Shown: piece by piece, positions 1-9,293 of the stretch
Layout: each line of letters starts with the position of its first letter
Position numbering within the stretch: position 1 is the stretch's first letter
Assembly (NCBI GenBank): GCA_019704295.1
Contig: AP024596.1
Coordinates: 608,001 to 672,000, forward strand
Direction of reading: 5' to 3'
Length of the DNA: 64,000 nucleotides
Origin: Sulfolobales archaeon HS-7
Lineage (GTDB): Archaea > Thermoproteota > Thermoprotei_A > Sulfolobales > Sulfolobaceae
The notes under the pieces: generated by a model
Database searches by the model: none
What the model was told of the DNA's origin: nothing
The model's input: the letters and a program-made list of their open reading frames with translations, nothing else
Made by a program: the position numbers and the translations under genes

Positions 1-28
1 TCGCCCAATTTTCCTTACACTGGCCTCA

Positions 29-592
29 TTAAATTGTAGCAACTAGATGTTCAGCGCCCTCTTCCTTCAGTAGATTTCTCAGCGCACCCTCTCCCCTTAT
101 CCTCTTTTGTAGCATTAATAATCCTCTAGCTAAGGCTTCGGGTCGAGTTGGGCATCCCGGCATGTAAATGTCCACTGGTAATCCTATTTCGCTAGGTAAA
201 ACTAAATTGTAACTATTCCAGAAAATCCCTCCTTCTAGGGAACATGCGCCCATAGCTATAACGTATTTGGGCTCAGGCATTTGTTCCCATACAATCCTAA
301 CGGCTCTAGCCATTTTCCTAGTCATAGTTCCCTCAATCACAAGTAGGTTAGATTGTCTGGCAGATGAAAAAGGAAGCATTCCAAATCTCTCAGAGTCGAA
401 CCGAGAAGCTGCAAAAGATCCAAATTCGGTTCCGCAGCAGCTAGTTGTCATGTGCGGGGGCCAAAGTGAGAACGACACCCCCCAGTCAATTAAGCTTCTT
501 ATAGGTTTCTTATTCAATAACCACCGTGCAGCTTTCCTAGCCGCGGTATTTGCGTCCCCTTGAAGTAATATTTCCTGTGTCAAAGAAATCAC
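29..592 (-). CDS. nuoB: NADH-quinone oxidoreductase-like complex subunit B
   Basis: TSCCGTE, MPEPKYVIAMGAC and DIYMPGCPTRPE motifs of NuoB. Confidence 0.92.
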   Translation of the reverse strand: MISLTQEILLQGDANTAARKAARWLLNKKPIRSLIDWGVSFSLWPPHMTTSCCGTEFGSFAASRFDSERFGMLPFSSARQSNLLVIEGTMTRKMARAVRIVWEQMPEPKYVIAMGACSLEGGIFWNSYNLVLPSEIGLPVDIYMPGCPTRPEALARGLLMLQKRIRGEGALRNLLKEEGAEHLVATI

Positions 593-669
593 ACCTTCAT
601 TATATATTAGACAGCTAGCTAAATAAATATTAGCTACAAGCTTTTGAAAGGTAGATATTAAACATTCGA

Positions 670-870
670 TTTATCTTCACTGAGGATTAAAGGGAAGCCA
701 TCTGGGAGGATGGGTGTCCCCCTTTGTATAACTTTGACTATCGTTTTGCAGTAGTATATAAATGACGGTAGTCGATGAGATAAGTGTCGTCGCGACCCCT
801 AAGAGAGGGTGGATGCGGTATGCCTCTGATCCAATCGGCGGTCCCCACAATACCATTATGTTAACTCGAC
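670..870 (+). mobile_element. IS200/IS605-derived non-autonomous element (SMN1-like MITE), copy 1, right end missing
   Basis: Begins TTTATCTTCA; its reverse complement aligns by eye with the copies at 10108, 22924 and 49624. Confidence 0.7.
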
Positions 871-1326
871 ACAGTATTAAATGCACGATTAATGTTAATA
901 ACTAAATAAACTAAAAAGTTATAGAATACGACTCTCTAGAATTAAATTCGCTTAATTATAATATAGAAGATAATATAAAATAAGTTTATTAGGAGTAGTT
1001 ACAAGTAATCATATGTTTCTCAAAAATCAAGGCCAAAAAGAGGTTTTCGACTTGATTAGTTCAAAGTTTACAGAGGGAACAATAGGATATTTTTAAGCTT
1101 AGGAAATTAACAAATGAGTTTAATCTCCCGTAATTCACCTATATAATCGCCATAATTATCCGATATATGCCTGGTTATTCCAATATCCTAAAATCTAGTT
1201 TTTAAAGTAAATTACATTTGTTATATTCGACATCATTTCATGTTATCCGATTTTTCGACCTTTTTCCCTTTATAATTTACGCAATAGGTGAATCATTTTT
1301 TCATTATCTTGAGATACCTTCAACGA

Positions 1327-1395
1327 GAAATTCCTAACCGCCTTGAATCTAAAGCTAGGAAAGGGGGACTTTCACCCTATCCTTGTCAAATTAAA
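1327..1395 (-). mobile_element. Short palindromic IS200/IS605 end remnant (PATE-like)
   Basis: Minus strand reads TTTAA-TTTGACAAGGATAGGGTGAAAGTCCCC...CAAGGCGGTTAGGAATTTC, resembling Sulfolobales IS605 ends (from recall). Confidence 0.35.
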
Positions 1396-1406
1396 TTCAA
1401 AAATTC

Positions 1407-1589
1407 CTATATCCACCACCCTGTGACAGACCAACAGCCATATCTTTCATTAAGTTTGACACATTGTGAACTATCCTTATTACATTCCTCACATAGCTTC
1501 TGATACTCCTTGACTGTTTCATTATCACATATTATTTGATTACAAATTCTCACACACTTTCTTCCAGCAATGTATATGTAGCATTCCAT
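1407..1589 (-). CDS. Small cysteine-rich protein
   Basis: MECYIYIAGRKC...CEEC...C...CWSVTGWWI; 8 Cys in 60 aa; start moved to the ATG at 1589. Confidence 0.6.
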   Translation of the reverse strand: MECYIYIAGRKCVRICNQIICDNETVKEYQKLCEECNKDSSQCVKLNERYGCWSVTGWWI

Positions 1590-1699
1590 ATACCTTTTTT
1601 CCCTCAATGATCATTTAAAGCGTTTCTCATAACGGGCAAGCTATGAGATTCCAATTCGTGACCTTAACTATATTGTAAATTTTTTATATGTAATACGTT

Positions 1700-2569
1700 T
1701 TAGAAAAGACGCGATATCATAATAAGGATAAATATTAGAGCTAGATATGGAGAGGATAGTTTGAATGATTCCCACGCTTCCTCTTTAGTCGGATTAATAA
1801 GAAGCTTTACGGAGGAATATATAATTAGCATAGAAAGTATTACGCATCCATACAAGTAGATTATATTTGTGTAAAAATAAAGAGAAAATGCTAAAGGTAG
1901 CATGAGGAAATTGGAAATTGCTATAGCTAGAGCTGAATTCCTCTCAGTAGTAAGCGATGGAAGCATTGGATAGTTGGCGTTAATATAATCCTCTCTCATT
2001 CTTAATGCCAATGACCAGAAATGTCCGGGAGTCCACATGAATATAAGAAGTCCTAGTAAAAACGCTTGAACGGAAAAACTACCTGTTATTGCAGAGAATC
2101 CCGCCCATGCCGCAGCGCTCCCAGCAAATCCCCCTATCACTATATTCCACCAGGTTCTCGGTTTAAGATACATGGTATATAGAAAAACATATATCAGAAC
2201 TCCTAGAGCTATAAAAAGTGCGGTAAGTGGATTTATAAGTAAACCTAAAATAACTCCAACTACTGATTGAATAGCCCCGATTAATATTGAGACATTTGGT
2301 GTAACACTGCCGACAACAGTAGGTCTTTTGGAAGTTCTTTTCATGACCCTGTCCCTATCAACCTCTAGTCCTTCATTAATCATTCCTGCGCCGCCTGACG
2401 CAAGACTCCCTGCTATTAGTAAAAGTACCATAATGATAAGTTGCTTAAGACTAAATGGTAATCTAATCCCAAGGAAAGCACCTGCTAGTGCAGCCAAGTC
2501 AAGCAACACTAATATTCGCGGTTTATTCAGCGTTAAGTAGTCCTTCAATGATATAGTGAGCGTATTCAT
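1700..2569 (-). CDS. cyoE: Protoheme IX farnesyltransferase (heme o synthase)
   Basis: LNKPRI, DRVMKRTSKRP and WTPGHFWSLAL motifs; multi-TM UbiA family. Confidence 0.92.
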   Translation of the reverse strand: MNTLTISLKDYLTLNKPRILVLLDLAALAGAFLGIRLPFSLKQLIIMVLLLIAGSLASGGAGMINEGLEVDRDRVMKRTSKRPTVVGSVTPNVSILIGAIQSVVGVILGLLINPLTALFIALGVLIYVFLYTMYLKPRTWWNIVIGGFAGSAAAWAGFSAITGSFSVQAFLLGLLIFMWTPGHFWSLALRMREDYINANYPMLPSLTTERNSALAIAISNFLMLPLAFSLYFYTNIIYLYGCVILSMLIIYSSVKLLINPTKEEAWESFKLSSPYLALIFILIMISRLF

Positions 2570-2909
2570 ATCGATTTAAATACCTCTACATCAGCGAAAT
2601 TATAAACATTGGTATGAATTTTATTTAACTGTGTTACAAACTAAAGTTAATTCGGAAAAAACCCGCTCGATCTAAGGTAGTTTAGTTAAGCGGTTTCCAA
2701 CCGTGAATTGCTTACGAACCTTAACGTAAAAACTCGATCTGCCAGGAGGACGTATAACAAGGTAAGTTATGAAAACATAAGAGAGCCCTTGTACTCAATT
2801 AAAGAACTCTCCTCTTTTAATTCGTGCTTACGCGTTAACTAAGGCCCTCACATAAATATCATACCATAAATTATAATTACCTCTAATGTAAGGTTACCCA
2901 TGGTGTTTA

Positions 2910-3038
2910 ATGTTGGAGGAAGAGGATTGGGAAGAAGAGGACTTTGAGGAAGAGGATTGGGAAGAAGAGGACTTTGAGGAAGAGGATTGGGAAGAAGAGG
3001 ACTTTGAGGAAGAGGATTGGGAAGAAAACGAATGGTAA
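2910..3038 (+). CDS. 42-aa ultra-acidic repeat peptide (not in ORF track)
   Basis: ATG at 2910 after GGTG SD (2902-2905); MLEEEDWEEEDF...EENEW, then TAA TAA; TATA-like element at ~2868-2876; T-tract at ~3070. Confidence 0.65.
   Translation: MLEEEDWEEEDFEEEDWEEEDFEEEDWEEEDFEEEDWEENEW
2916..3026 (+). repeat. Perfect 30-bp tandem repeat, about 3.7 copies
   Basis: GAGGAAGAGGATTGGGAAGAAGAGGACTTT x3 plus a partial copy; no spacers. Confidence 0.97.
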
Positions 3039-3310
3039 TAATGCCTCATCATACTAAGAAGACATTATCTATTTTTGGAGTAGTTTTACTAGTAAAGTGA
3101 GCTATTCTCATCCTGAATGGTTAGATCAAAAGTAGCTTATCTGAGTTTGAATTATTATAGTAAAATAATCTTGGAATTGATGTAAATAGTGTTCTAGTTA
3201 TTAGAATAAGCTTGTTGGAGTTAAGGGTCTTCAATTGCTTTCCGATAAATATTGTATAGTCTTCTAAAAATCAGACAGTGCAGCTTATTACCTAACGTTT
3301 CTAGCAAGAT

Positions 3311-3610
3311 ATAAATTCACCCCATCTTGGCAAAAGGAGGCTTCCTGTTTCACTGCTCCGCCTTGCGTGTAGTAAAGGGCGGAACTTCACAGGCCGTGAG
3401 GGTCGCCCCAGAAGTGAGCTTAACGTTAGTGTTTCACGCGGAACTGTAGCTGGAGTGTAGGCGTACCACATTTACCCTCACTTAGGTGTCTTGGTAACAT
3501 TCACCTAGCCGAATGCTATCACTGATGTACTGGCCGCGAATTGACTTAAACAGAAGAAGCTATCCATCCCCTCGCATATTCCGCCCTTTTGAACCTCTGA
3601 TAAAGATAAG
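3311..3610 (-). mobile_element. SMN1-like IS200/IS605 MITE, copy 2
   Basis: Shared blocks GCTTCCTG, TTAACGTTAGTGT, AGGCGTACCACAT, GCTATCCATCC and GAACC..GATAAAGATAA. Confidence 0.75.
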
Positions 3611-3719
3611 AAAACTTTATCGATTCTCTACTTAATATTAGATGCAAATATACCTGGTGGTTAATTAATGCCTTACTTTAGAAATAATAGTTTGTCCTTT
3701 AAATTCGGGAGGAATTGAC

Positions 3720-5522
3720 ATGAGATTAGCTGTAGTTAATTTAGATCTGTGTAAGCCTACTAAGTGTAATTACGAGTGTATAAACTTCTGTCCAGTTAAT
3801 AGGTCAGGCACTACTGCAATTGAAGCGCTAAATGAACTCAAGGGAAAACCAAGGATCTATGAGGAGACCTGTATAGGATGCGGTATTTGTGTAAAGAAAT
3901 GTCCCTTTGAGGTTATTTCAATAATAAACCTTCCTGATCAGTACGAGGGAGAAGTAGTCCACCGATATGGTGCAAATGGGTTTAAGCTCTTCGGTCTTCC
4001 GACACCAAAGACTGGAAAAGTTATAGGGATTTTGGGACGAAATGGTTCCGGTAAAACGACAATACTTAAAATACTCAGTGGAGAGATCATGCCTAATTTT
4101 GGCATAGTAGACCAGAATCCGACAATAGACTCTGTCCTAGATAACTTTCGCGGGAAAGAGATCTACGACTACTTCAGGAAGTTATACAATAGAGAATTAA
4201 AGGTAGTTCATAAAATACAGTATGTCGATCTCGTCGGGAAAAGATTATCAGGAAATGTAGCGTCTCTGTTAACCAAAGTGAACGAAAGCGGTAAGTTAGA
4301 TGAGATAAGAGAATTATTGAACATGAATTCCTTTTGGAATAAGGAAGTGAAGACACTAAGTGGGGGAGAGCTTCAGAAACTTCTGATAGCTGCTACTCTA
4401 GCGAGAGAGGCCGACGTATACGTACTCGATGAGCCGTCGTCTTACTTAGATGTAAGGGAGAGACTGAACATGGCTAGAGCAATTTTAACTCTTACGAAGA
4501 ACAAATTCGTTTTATTAGTAGAACATGACCTAGTAGTGTTAGATTACCTATCGGATCTAGTTCACATAGTCTATGGAGAACCGGCTGTTTACGGTAAGGT
4601 ATCCAAGCCATACTCCTCAAGAGTAGGAATAAATTACCTAATAGAGGGATATCTCCCCGCGGAGAACGTAAAGTTTAGGGACGATAAAATAATCTTCGAA
4701 TTAAAAGAGCTTAATGAAGAAAATAAAAAGGGGAAAGAAAAGAGGGTAGAGTGGTCGTCATTAAATGTAATTCTCTCTGGATTTCAACTTAGGGTGGAGG
4801 AAGGATATGCCTTTAGTGGGGAGATTATCGGCATCTTGGGACCTAACGGAATTGGAAAAACGACATTTATGCGTGTTCTAGTCGGAGAAGTAATGCCTTC
4901 CTCGGGATATGTTATAGTGTCAAACCTCACTATGGCGTACAAACCCCAAAAGATAACACCAGAATTTCCAGGGACAGTTAGAGAACTATTAATCGCATCA
5001 AGTGAAGACGCGTTATCCAACTCCTCTTGGTTTTACGTGGAAGTAATAAGGAAATTCGGACTCCACAAACTACTTGACTCTGAAATATCAACACTAAGTG
5101 GGGGAGAGCTTCAGAAACTTCTGATAGCTGCTACTCTAGCGAGAGAGGCCGACGTATACGTACTCGATGAGCCGTCGTCTTACTTAGATGTAGAAGATAG
5201 ATATACAATGGCTAAGGCAGTAAAAAGAGTTACCTTAGAAAGGGGGGCAGTAACCTTCATAGTTGAACACGATATCTCAATTCATGATTACATTGCGGAT
5301 AGGTTAATGGTTTTTACTGGACAACCAGGAATCAATGGTCGTGCGTCATCGCCCCTATCGAGGAAAGTCGGAATGAATAGCTTTCTCAAAGAGATGGATA
5401 TAACCTTTAGAAGAGATCCCGATACTGGTAGACCCAGAGTTAACAAACCAGATAGCTATCTAGATCGGGAGCAAAAGAGAAAGGGAGAGTATTACTTCGT
5501 GGAAAGTAAAGTTCTAGAATGA
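3720..5522 (+). CDS. rli1: Ribosome recycling ATPase ABCE1/Rli1
   Basis: N-terminal 2x[4Fe-4S] Cys motifs, two ABC NBDs, C-terminal RRDPDTGRPRVNK. Confidence 0.96.
   Translation: MRLAVVNLDLCKPTKCNYECINFCPVNRSGTTAIEALNELKGKPRIYEETCIGCGICVKKCPFEVISIINLPDQYEGEVVHRYGANGFKLFGLPTPKTGKVIGILGRNGSGKTTILKILSGEIMPNFGIVDQNPTIDSVLDNFRGKEIYDYFRKLYNRELKVVHKIQYVDLVGKRLSGNVASLLTKVNESGKLDEIRELLNMNSFWNKEVKTLSGGELQKLLIAATLAREADVYVLDEPSSYLDVRERLNMARAILTLTKNKFVLLVEHDLVVLDYLSDLVHIVYGEPAVYGKVSKPYSSRVGINYLIEGYLPAENVKFRDDKIIFELKELNEENKKGKEKRVEWSSLNVILSGFQLRVEEGYAFSGEIIGILGPNGIGKTTFMRVLVGEVMPSSGYVIVSNLTMAYKPQKITPEFPGTVRELLIASSEDALSNSSWFYVEVIRKFGLHKLLDSEISTLSGGELQKLLIAATLAREADVYVLDEPSSYLDVEDRYTMAKAVKRVTLERGAVTFIVEHDISIHDYIADRLMVFTGQPGINGRASSPLSRKVGMNSFLKEMDITFRRDPDTGRPRVNKPDSYLDREQKRKGEYYFVESKVLE
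4353..5192 (+). repeat. 102-bp exact direct repeat inside ABCE1 (4353-4454 and 5091-5192)
   Basis: Identical nucleotides encoding TLSGGELQKLLIAATLAREADVYVLDEPSSYLDV in both NBDs. Confidence 0.95.
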
Positions 5523-6388
5523 TTTTTTATATTATTTATAACTTTGTCTAAATCAACGATCACTCCGGCTCTCCTCGTAGGTATAGACGATAGAACGTCG
5601 TCTGATCGTCCAATCAGGTCGTTAATTTTGCCTAATATTTTCCTGACTTCATTGGCATTTCCTACATCTCCTGAAGGCTTAACGTATTCGACCTTTCTGT
5701 CTGAAATCATGAATGATGGCCAACTTTTTGCAACTTTAGGAAGTACTACAATTCCGTTGTCTCTAAGAAATGCAGGTACTTTAGCCCTAATCCATCCTCT
5801 CAGGGAAAATAAAACTAAAACGTCCCATTGCTCTTTAACTTCTCGGATCTGTCTAATTTCCTTAGGCAATTGAAATGAGGAATCGTCTCTAAACACTGCC
5901 AGATCTCTGACTTTATCTTGTAAATATAACGCAGTTATCGCGGAAAAAAGTCCTGTACCTAATATGAGTACGCTTTTTCCTTCTCCAATTTCTGCTACCT
6001 GTTTTGCAATAGATATGTGTGGAAGAAAGAGGTTATCCTCGTCATTGTTACCGACTACACGTATAACATCTAAAGGAATAGAAGAATATTCGCTCATTAC
6101 ACCATTAGCATCTATTCCTATTCCTCCATAACGCTCAGAATAGGGAAAGATAACTACCTTTTTCCCTATTAATGATTGTTCTACCTGGACCCCAACGTCT
6201 TCGCATACTCCCATACCAATACTTCCTAATATCCTGGACGGCTCTACCCACAGAAATCCTAAGTATATAGCGTTCTCAATACCATCTAATAATACCTTTT
6301 GCGGTTTTACTAATACGTGATCTTTTTCAATAAGCGGATTAGGCAAGTCCATATAAGTGATACCCTGGTTGAATACGACGCCTATTAT
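5492..6388 (-). CDS. Degenerate MDR/alcohol dehydrogenase GroES-like domain protein
   Basis: ILGSIGMG (GHE-like position) and VLILGTG Rossmann motif; frame open upstream to an ATA at 6388 behind a GGTGA SD; first ATG at 6352. Confidence 0.65.
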   Translation of the reverse strand: MIGVVFNQGITYMDLPNPLIEKDHVLVKPQKVLLDGIENAIYLGFLWVEPSRILGSIGMGVCEDVGVQVEQSLIGKKVVIFPYSERYGGIGIDANGVMSEYSSIPLDVIRVVGNNDEDNLFLPHISIAKQVAEIGEGKSVLILGTGLFSAITALYLQDKVRDLAVFRDDSSFQLPKEIRQIREVKEQWDVLVLFSLRGWIRAKVPAFLRDNGIVVLPKVAKSWPSFMISDRKVEYVKPSGDVGNANEVRKILGKINDLIGRSDDVLSSIPTRRAGVIVDLDKVINNIKNHSRTLLSTK

Positions 6389-6447
6389 ACTGTATCACCG
6401 TAATTATTCATATAATAACATAACTGGTTATAAAGATAAGTGATTAA

Positions 6448-6807
6448 ATGAAAATCATTCATAACATAAGCAAAAGCGCCAGGAGTCAAATAATTTCACT
6501 TATGTTAAGGGAGAGGACGGAAAAGGAACTAGCGGAGGCATTGGATATAAGTCCGGCGTCTATCACCAAGTATATTAAGGAAGTTACGCATCCTAGCGAT
6601 AAAATAATAGAAAAGTGCTTAGAAATAGCTAATGACTATGAGGCCGAACAAATAGTTTCAATAATTCTTTCGGATGTGTTTGAGGCCCTTGTCGAATTCC
6701 TGAAAGTAGCCGGTGATAAAATACCTAATGAGGAAGTTAACATCTTAGTAAGTAAAATAAGAAATGCTAAGAGAGACTCAAGACTTCTCCTTAATCAGGT
6801 CTCCTAA
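6448..6807 (+). CDS. XRE/Cro-like HTH protein
   Basis: EKELAEALDISPASITKY...HPS helix-turn-helix. Confidence 0.8.
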   Translation: MKIIHNISKSARSQIISLMLRERTEKELAEALDISPASITKYIKEVTHPSDKIIEKCLEIANDYEAEQIVSIILSDVFEALVEFLKVAGDKIPNEEVNILVSKIRNAKRDSRLLLNQVS

Positions 6808-7986
6808 TATTCTTATTCCCTCTTTTATCTCGTCGGGTGTGGGATAACTAAAGTTCAGCCTCATGGTATTCCTACCACTGTTATCGTAGAAGAAACCAGA
6901 ACCTGGTACATACGCTACTCCTCGTTCTAACGACTCAGCTAATAATTTTCCTGTATCAATTTTGTCACCTACTTTAGCAAATATGAACATACCTCCAACA
7001 GGACGACTCCACTCACAACCTTCAGGGAAGCTTTTTTCTAATTCGTCAAGCATTAGATCTCTCTTTTCTTTGTACATTTTTCTAATTCGTGGCAGATTCT
7101 TCTGTATTACTCCTCTCTTTATCGCTTCAAGTGCAATGTATTGTGTAAAAGTTGAGGAATGAAGGTCAACGCTTTGTTTCATCATTTCCATTTCCTTAAT
7201 AATATCTTCATCTGCAACAACCCATCCCAATCTTAATCCAGGAGACAGGATCTTGCTCATGGTTGACGTATATATTACTCTATTTTCCTCGTCTAGCGAT
7301 TTAATTGACGGAGGTGCCTCACCATCAAATACTACGTGTCCGTAAGCATCGTCCTCTATTATTAAGAAATTATATTTCGAGGCTAATTCAATTAAGTGTT
7401 TTCTCTTTTCCAAGCTCATCGTCACGCCGGCAGGGTTATGAGCCGTAGGTATTGTATAAAGGAATTTAACTCTCTTCCCTTCGTTATATAAGCGTTTTAA
7501 GTTCTCCTCGAGTTCCTCCATATTCATCCCGTCACTTTCTAATGTAATCCCGATAAAGGTAGGATAGTTCAGCCTGAATGAGTTAAGGGCAGCAAGATAC
7601 GTGGGATGTTCTATGATGAGAATGTCGCCAGGATCAAGTAGTAATTGACCTAAAATGTAAATCGATTCTTGGCTTCCGGTAGATACGAAAACGTTTTTAT
7701 AACTTATGCCACGTATTCCTCTTGATACCGAGAAATCGGCTATAGCTTTCCTAAATTCTGTAACACCTGCAGTTGTAGTATATTGGAGGGGTGCATAATC
7801 GTATTTATCTAGAATCTCCGAGGAAATCTGCTTTATATCTTCTGCCGGAAACGTATGTGGATCGGGTAGACCGCCAGCAAAGCTTATAACCTTCCTGCCC
7901 TCAGTAATTTTTAATATATCTCTAATCTCTGAGGCTCTGAGGTGTTTAGTTCTACTTGAGAAAACGTTTTGAAGAACGGTCTTCAT
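6778..7986 (-). CDS. PLP-dependent class I aminotransferase (LysN/Aro8-like)
   Basis: ISFAGGLPD, HNPAG, EDDAY and SKILSPGLRLGW motifs. Confidence 0.9.
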   Translation of the reverse strand: MKTVLQNVFSSRTKHLRASEIRDILKITEGRKVISFAGGLPDPHTFPAEDIKQISSEILDKYDYAPLQYTTTAGVTEFRKAIADFSVSRGIRGISYKNVFVSTGSQESIYILGQLLLDPGDILIIEHPTYLAALNSFRLNYPTFIGITLESDGMNMEELEENLKRLYNEGKRVKFLYTIPTAHNPAGVTMSLEKRKHLIELASKYNFLIIEDDAYGHVVFDGEAPPSIKSLDEENRVIYTSTMSKILSPGLRLGWVVADEDIIKEMEMMKQSVDLHSSTFTQYIALEAIKRGVIQKNLPRIRKMYKEKRDLMLDELEKSFPEGCEWSRPVGGMFIFAKVGDKIDTGKLLAESLERGVAYVPGSGFFYDNSGRNTMRLNFSYPTPDEIKEGIRILGDLIKEKS

Positions 7987-7995
7987 AAATAATAT

Positions 7996-8820
7996 TTGGT
8001 GATCGTCGTTAATAAATTCACGATCGACTGGGTGGAAATAATAACAGTAGGAAATGAGGTTGTTTCTGGAAGGACTGTAAATTCTAATGCTACAAATATA
8101 GCTAGGCGAATGCAGAGCCTAGGGTTTACAATTAATCGAGTAACTTCGGTCAGAGATGAAGAGGACGAAATAGTCGATGTTATTACATCTGCCTTAAGGA
8201 GAAAAAATAAAGTGATTATAATAACAGGAGGTTTAGGTCCCACTTACGACGATATAACGTCTCAATCTTTAGCAAAAGCTCTGAACAGAAAGCTTGAACA
8301 GAACGTAAAGGCCCTAGAACAAATAAAGGAGAAGTATAGGAAAAGGAATCTTGAGTTAACGCCAGAGAGAATTAAAATGGCATTTATCCCAGAAGGAGCT
8401 CAACCTGTAGATAATAATAAGGGAATTGCCCCAGGTATATATGTTAATGTAGAGGGGGTCGAAATATTAGCTACCCCTGGTGTTCCTAGCGAGATGGAAG
8501 ACGTTTTAGAGAACTTTATTAGGAGTTTCCTTAAATATCGCCCAGCTTTCAAATATTACGAGGCTAATTTGGAAGTACAGGGAGTAATGGAATCTGCAAT
8601 AGCCCCCCATATTGCTGAATTAGTCAAAAAGTACTTCCCTATATATATTAAAACTCACCCCCAAGGAAAGGAATTGGAAAAACCAGTGTTAAGGATCCAA
8701 ATAGCATTGAGTTCTGATAACGAGATGGAGGCCAAAAAGAAAATAGAGGACAGCAAAAGAGAGTTACTTAACGTCATTCACGCATTACACGGCACTGTGA
8801 CTGATCAGGGAACGTCATAG
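7996..8820 (+). CDS. CinA-like molybdopterin-binding domain protein
   Basis: EIITVGNE, TGGLGPTYDDIT and PGVPSEM motifs. Confidence 0.85.
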   Translation: MVIVVNKFTIDWVEIITVGNEVVSGRTVNSNATNIARRMQSLGFTINRVTSVRDEEDEIVDVITSALRRKNKVIIITGGLGPTYDDITSQSLAKALNRKLEQNVKALEQIKEKYRKRNLELTPERIKMAFIPEGAQPVDNNKGIAPGIYVNVEGVEILATPGVPSEMEDVLENFIRSFLKYRPAFKYYEANLEVQGVMESAIAPHIAELVKKYFPIYIKTHPQGKELEKPVLRIQIALSSDNEMEAKKKIEDSKRELLNVIHALHGTVTDQGTS

Positions 8821-9254
8821 AGAGGACAAGAAATACATAAGTAGGGAAACACTGAAACGATTACTTTTCTTCCAGATTCCGTCACCTGTATTGCGTCTTG
8901 GGGGATACCAAATATTTCAGGCTCGCTAATGTTCCATGCGCTACATATACCGCCCTTAGCATGCTTACAAGTTTGGGATTTCCATATTCCTTGGGATTTA
9001 GCTAAACTTAACCAAGAGAGCTGTTCATACTTAACTTCAAGACCTTTAACTTTTTCTTCCAACGTGGCAATTTTCTCATCGGTAGTTTTTTTGAACTCCA
9101 AATCCCCTATAATCTTATTGTTTATCTCTTCTTTTATTTCCTCGATCTCGCTCTTTACTGAAGATATTTCCTGATGTACTGAAGAGGAAGATACCAGAAT
9201 TACATCGGCTTTTAACGGATTATTAAATTGAGCTTCCATGAGTAATATCTTCAT
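8805..9254 (-). CDS. Hypothetical coiled-coil protein with Cys-rich C-terminus
   Basis: Coiled coil followed by C..C..CxxC; start uncertain. Confidence 0.65.
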   Translation of the reverse strand: MKILLMEAQFNNPLKADVILVSSSSVHQEISSVKSEIEEIKEEINNKIIGDLEFKKTTDEKIATLEEKVKGLEVKYEQLSWLSLAKSQGIWKSQTCKHAKGGICSAWNISEPEIFGIPQDAIQVTESGRKVIVSVFPYLCISCPLYDVP

Positions 9255-9293
9255 AACCTTATCCTTTTAAGCAAGTTATCACAATAAGACTCC

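Noticed and set aside
677-886. 69-aa ORF, and the ORFs at 49328-49552 and 49535-49774
   Set aside because: They lie within MITE or IS110 remnants and are not conserved between copies.
880-1320. AT-rich intergenic stretch as a replication origin
   Set aside because: No ORB-like repeats were seen and there is no orc1/cdc6/whiP gene adjacent.
2916-3026. 30-bp repeats as a CRISPR array
   Set aside because: Units are contiguous with no spacers, they encode an in-frame peptide, and there are no cas genes nearby.
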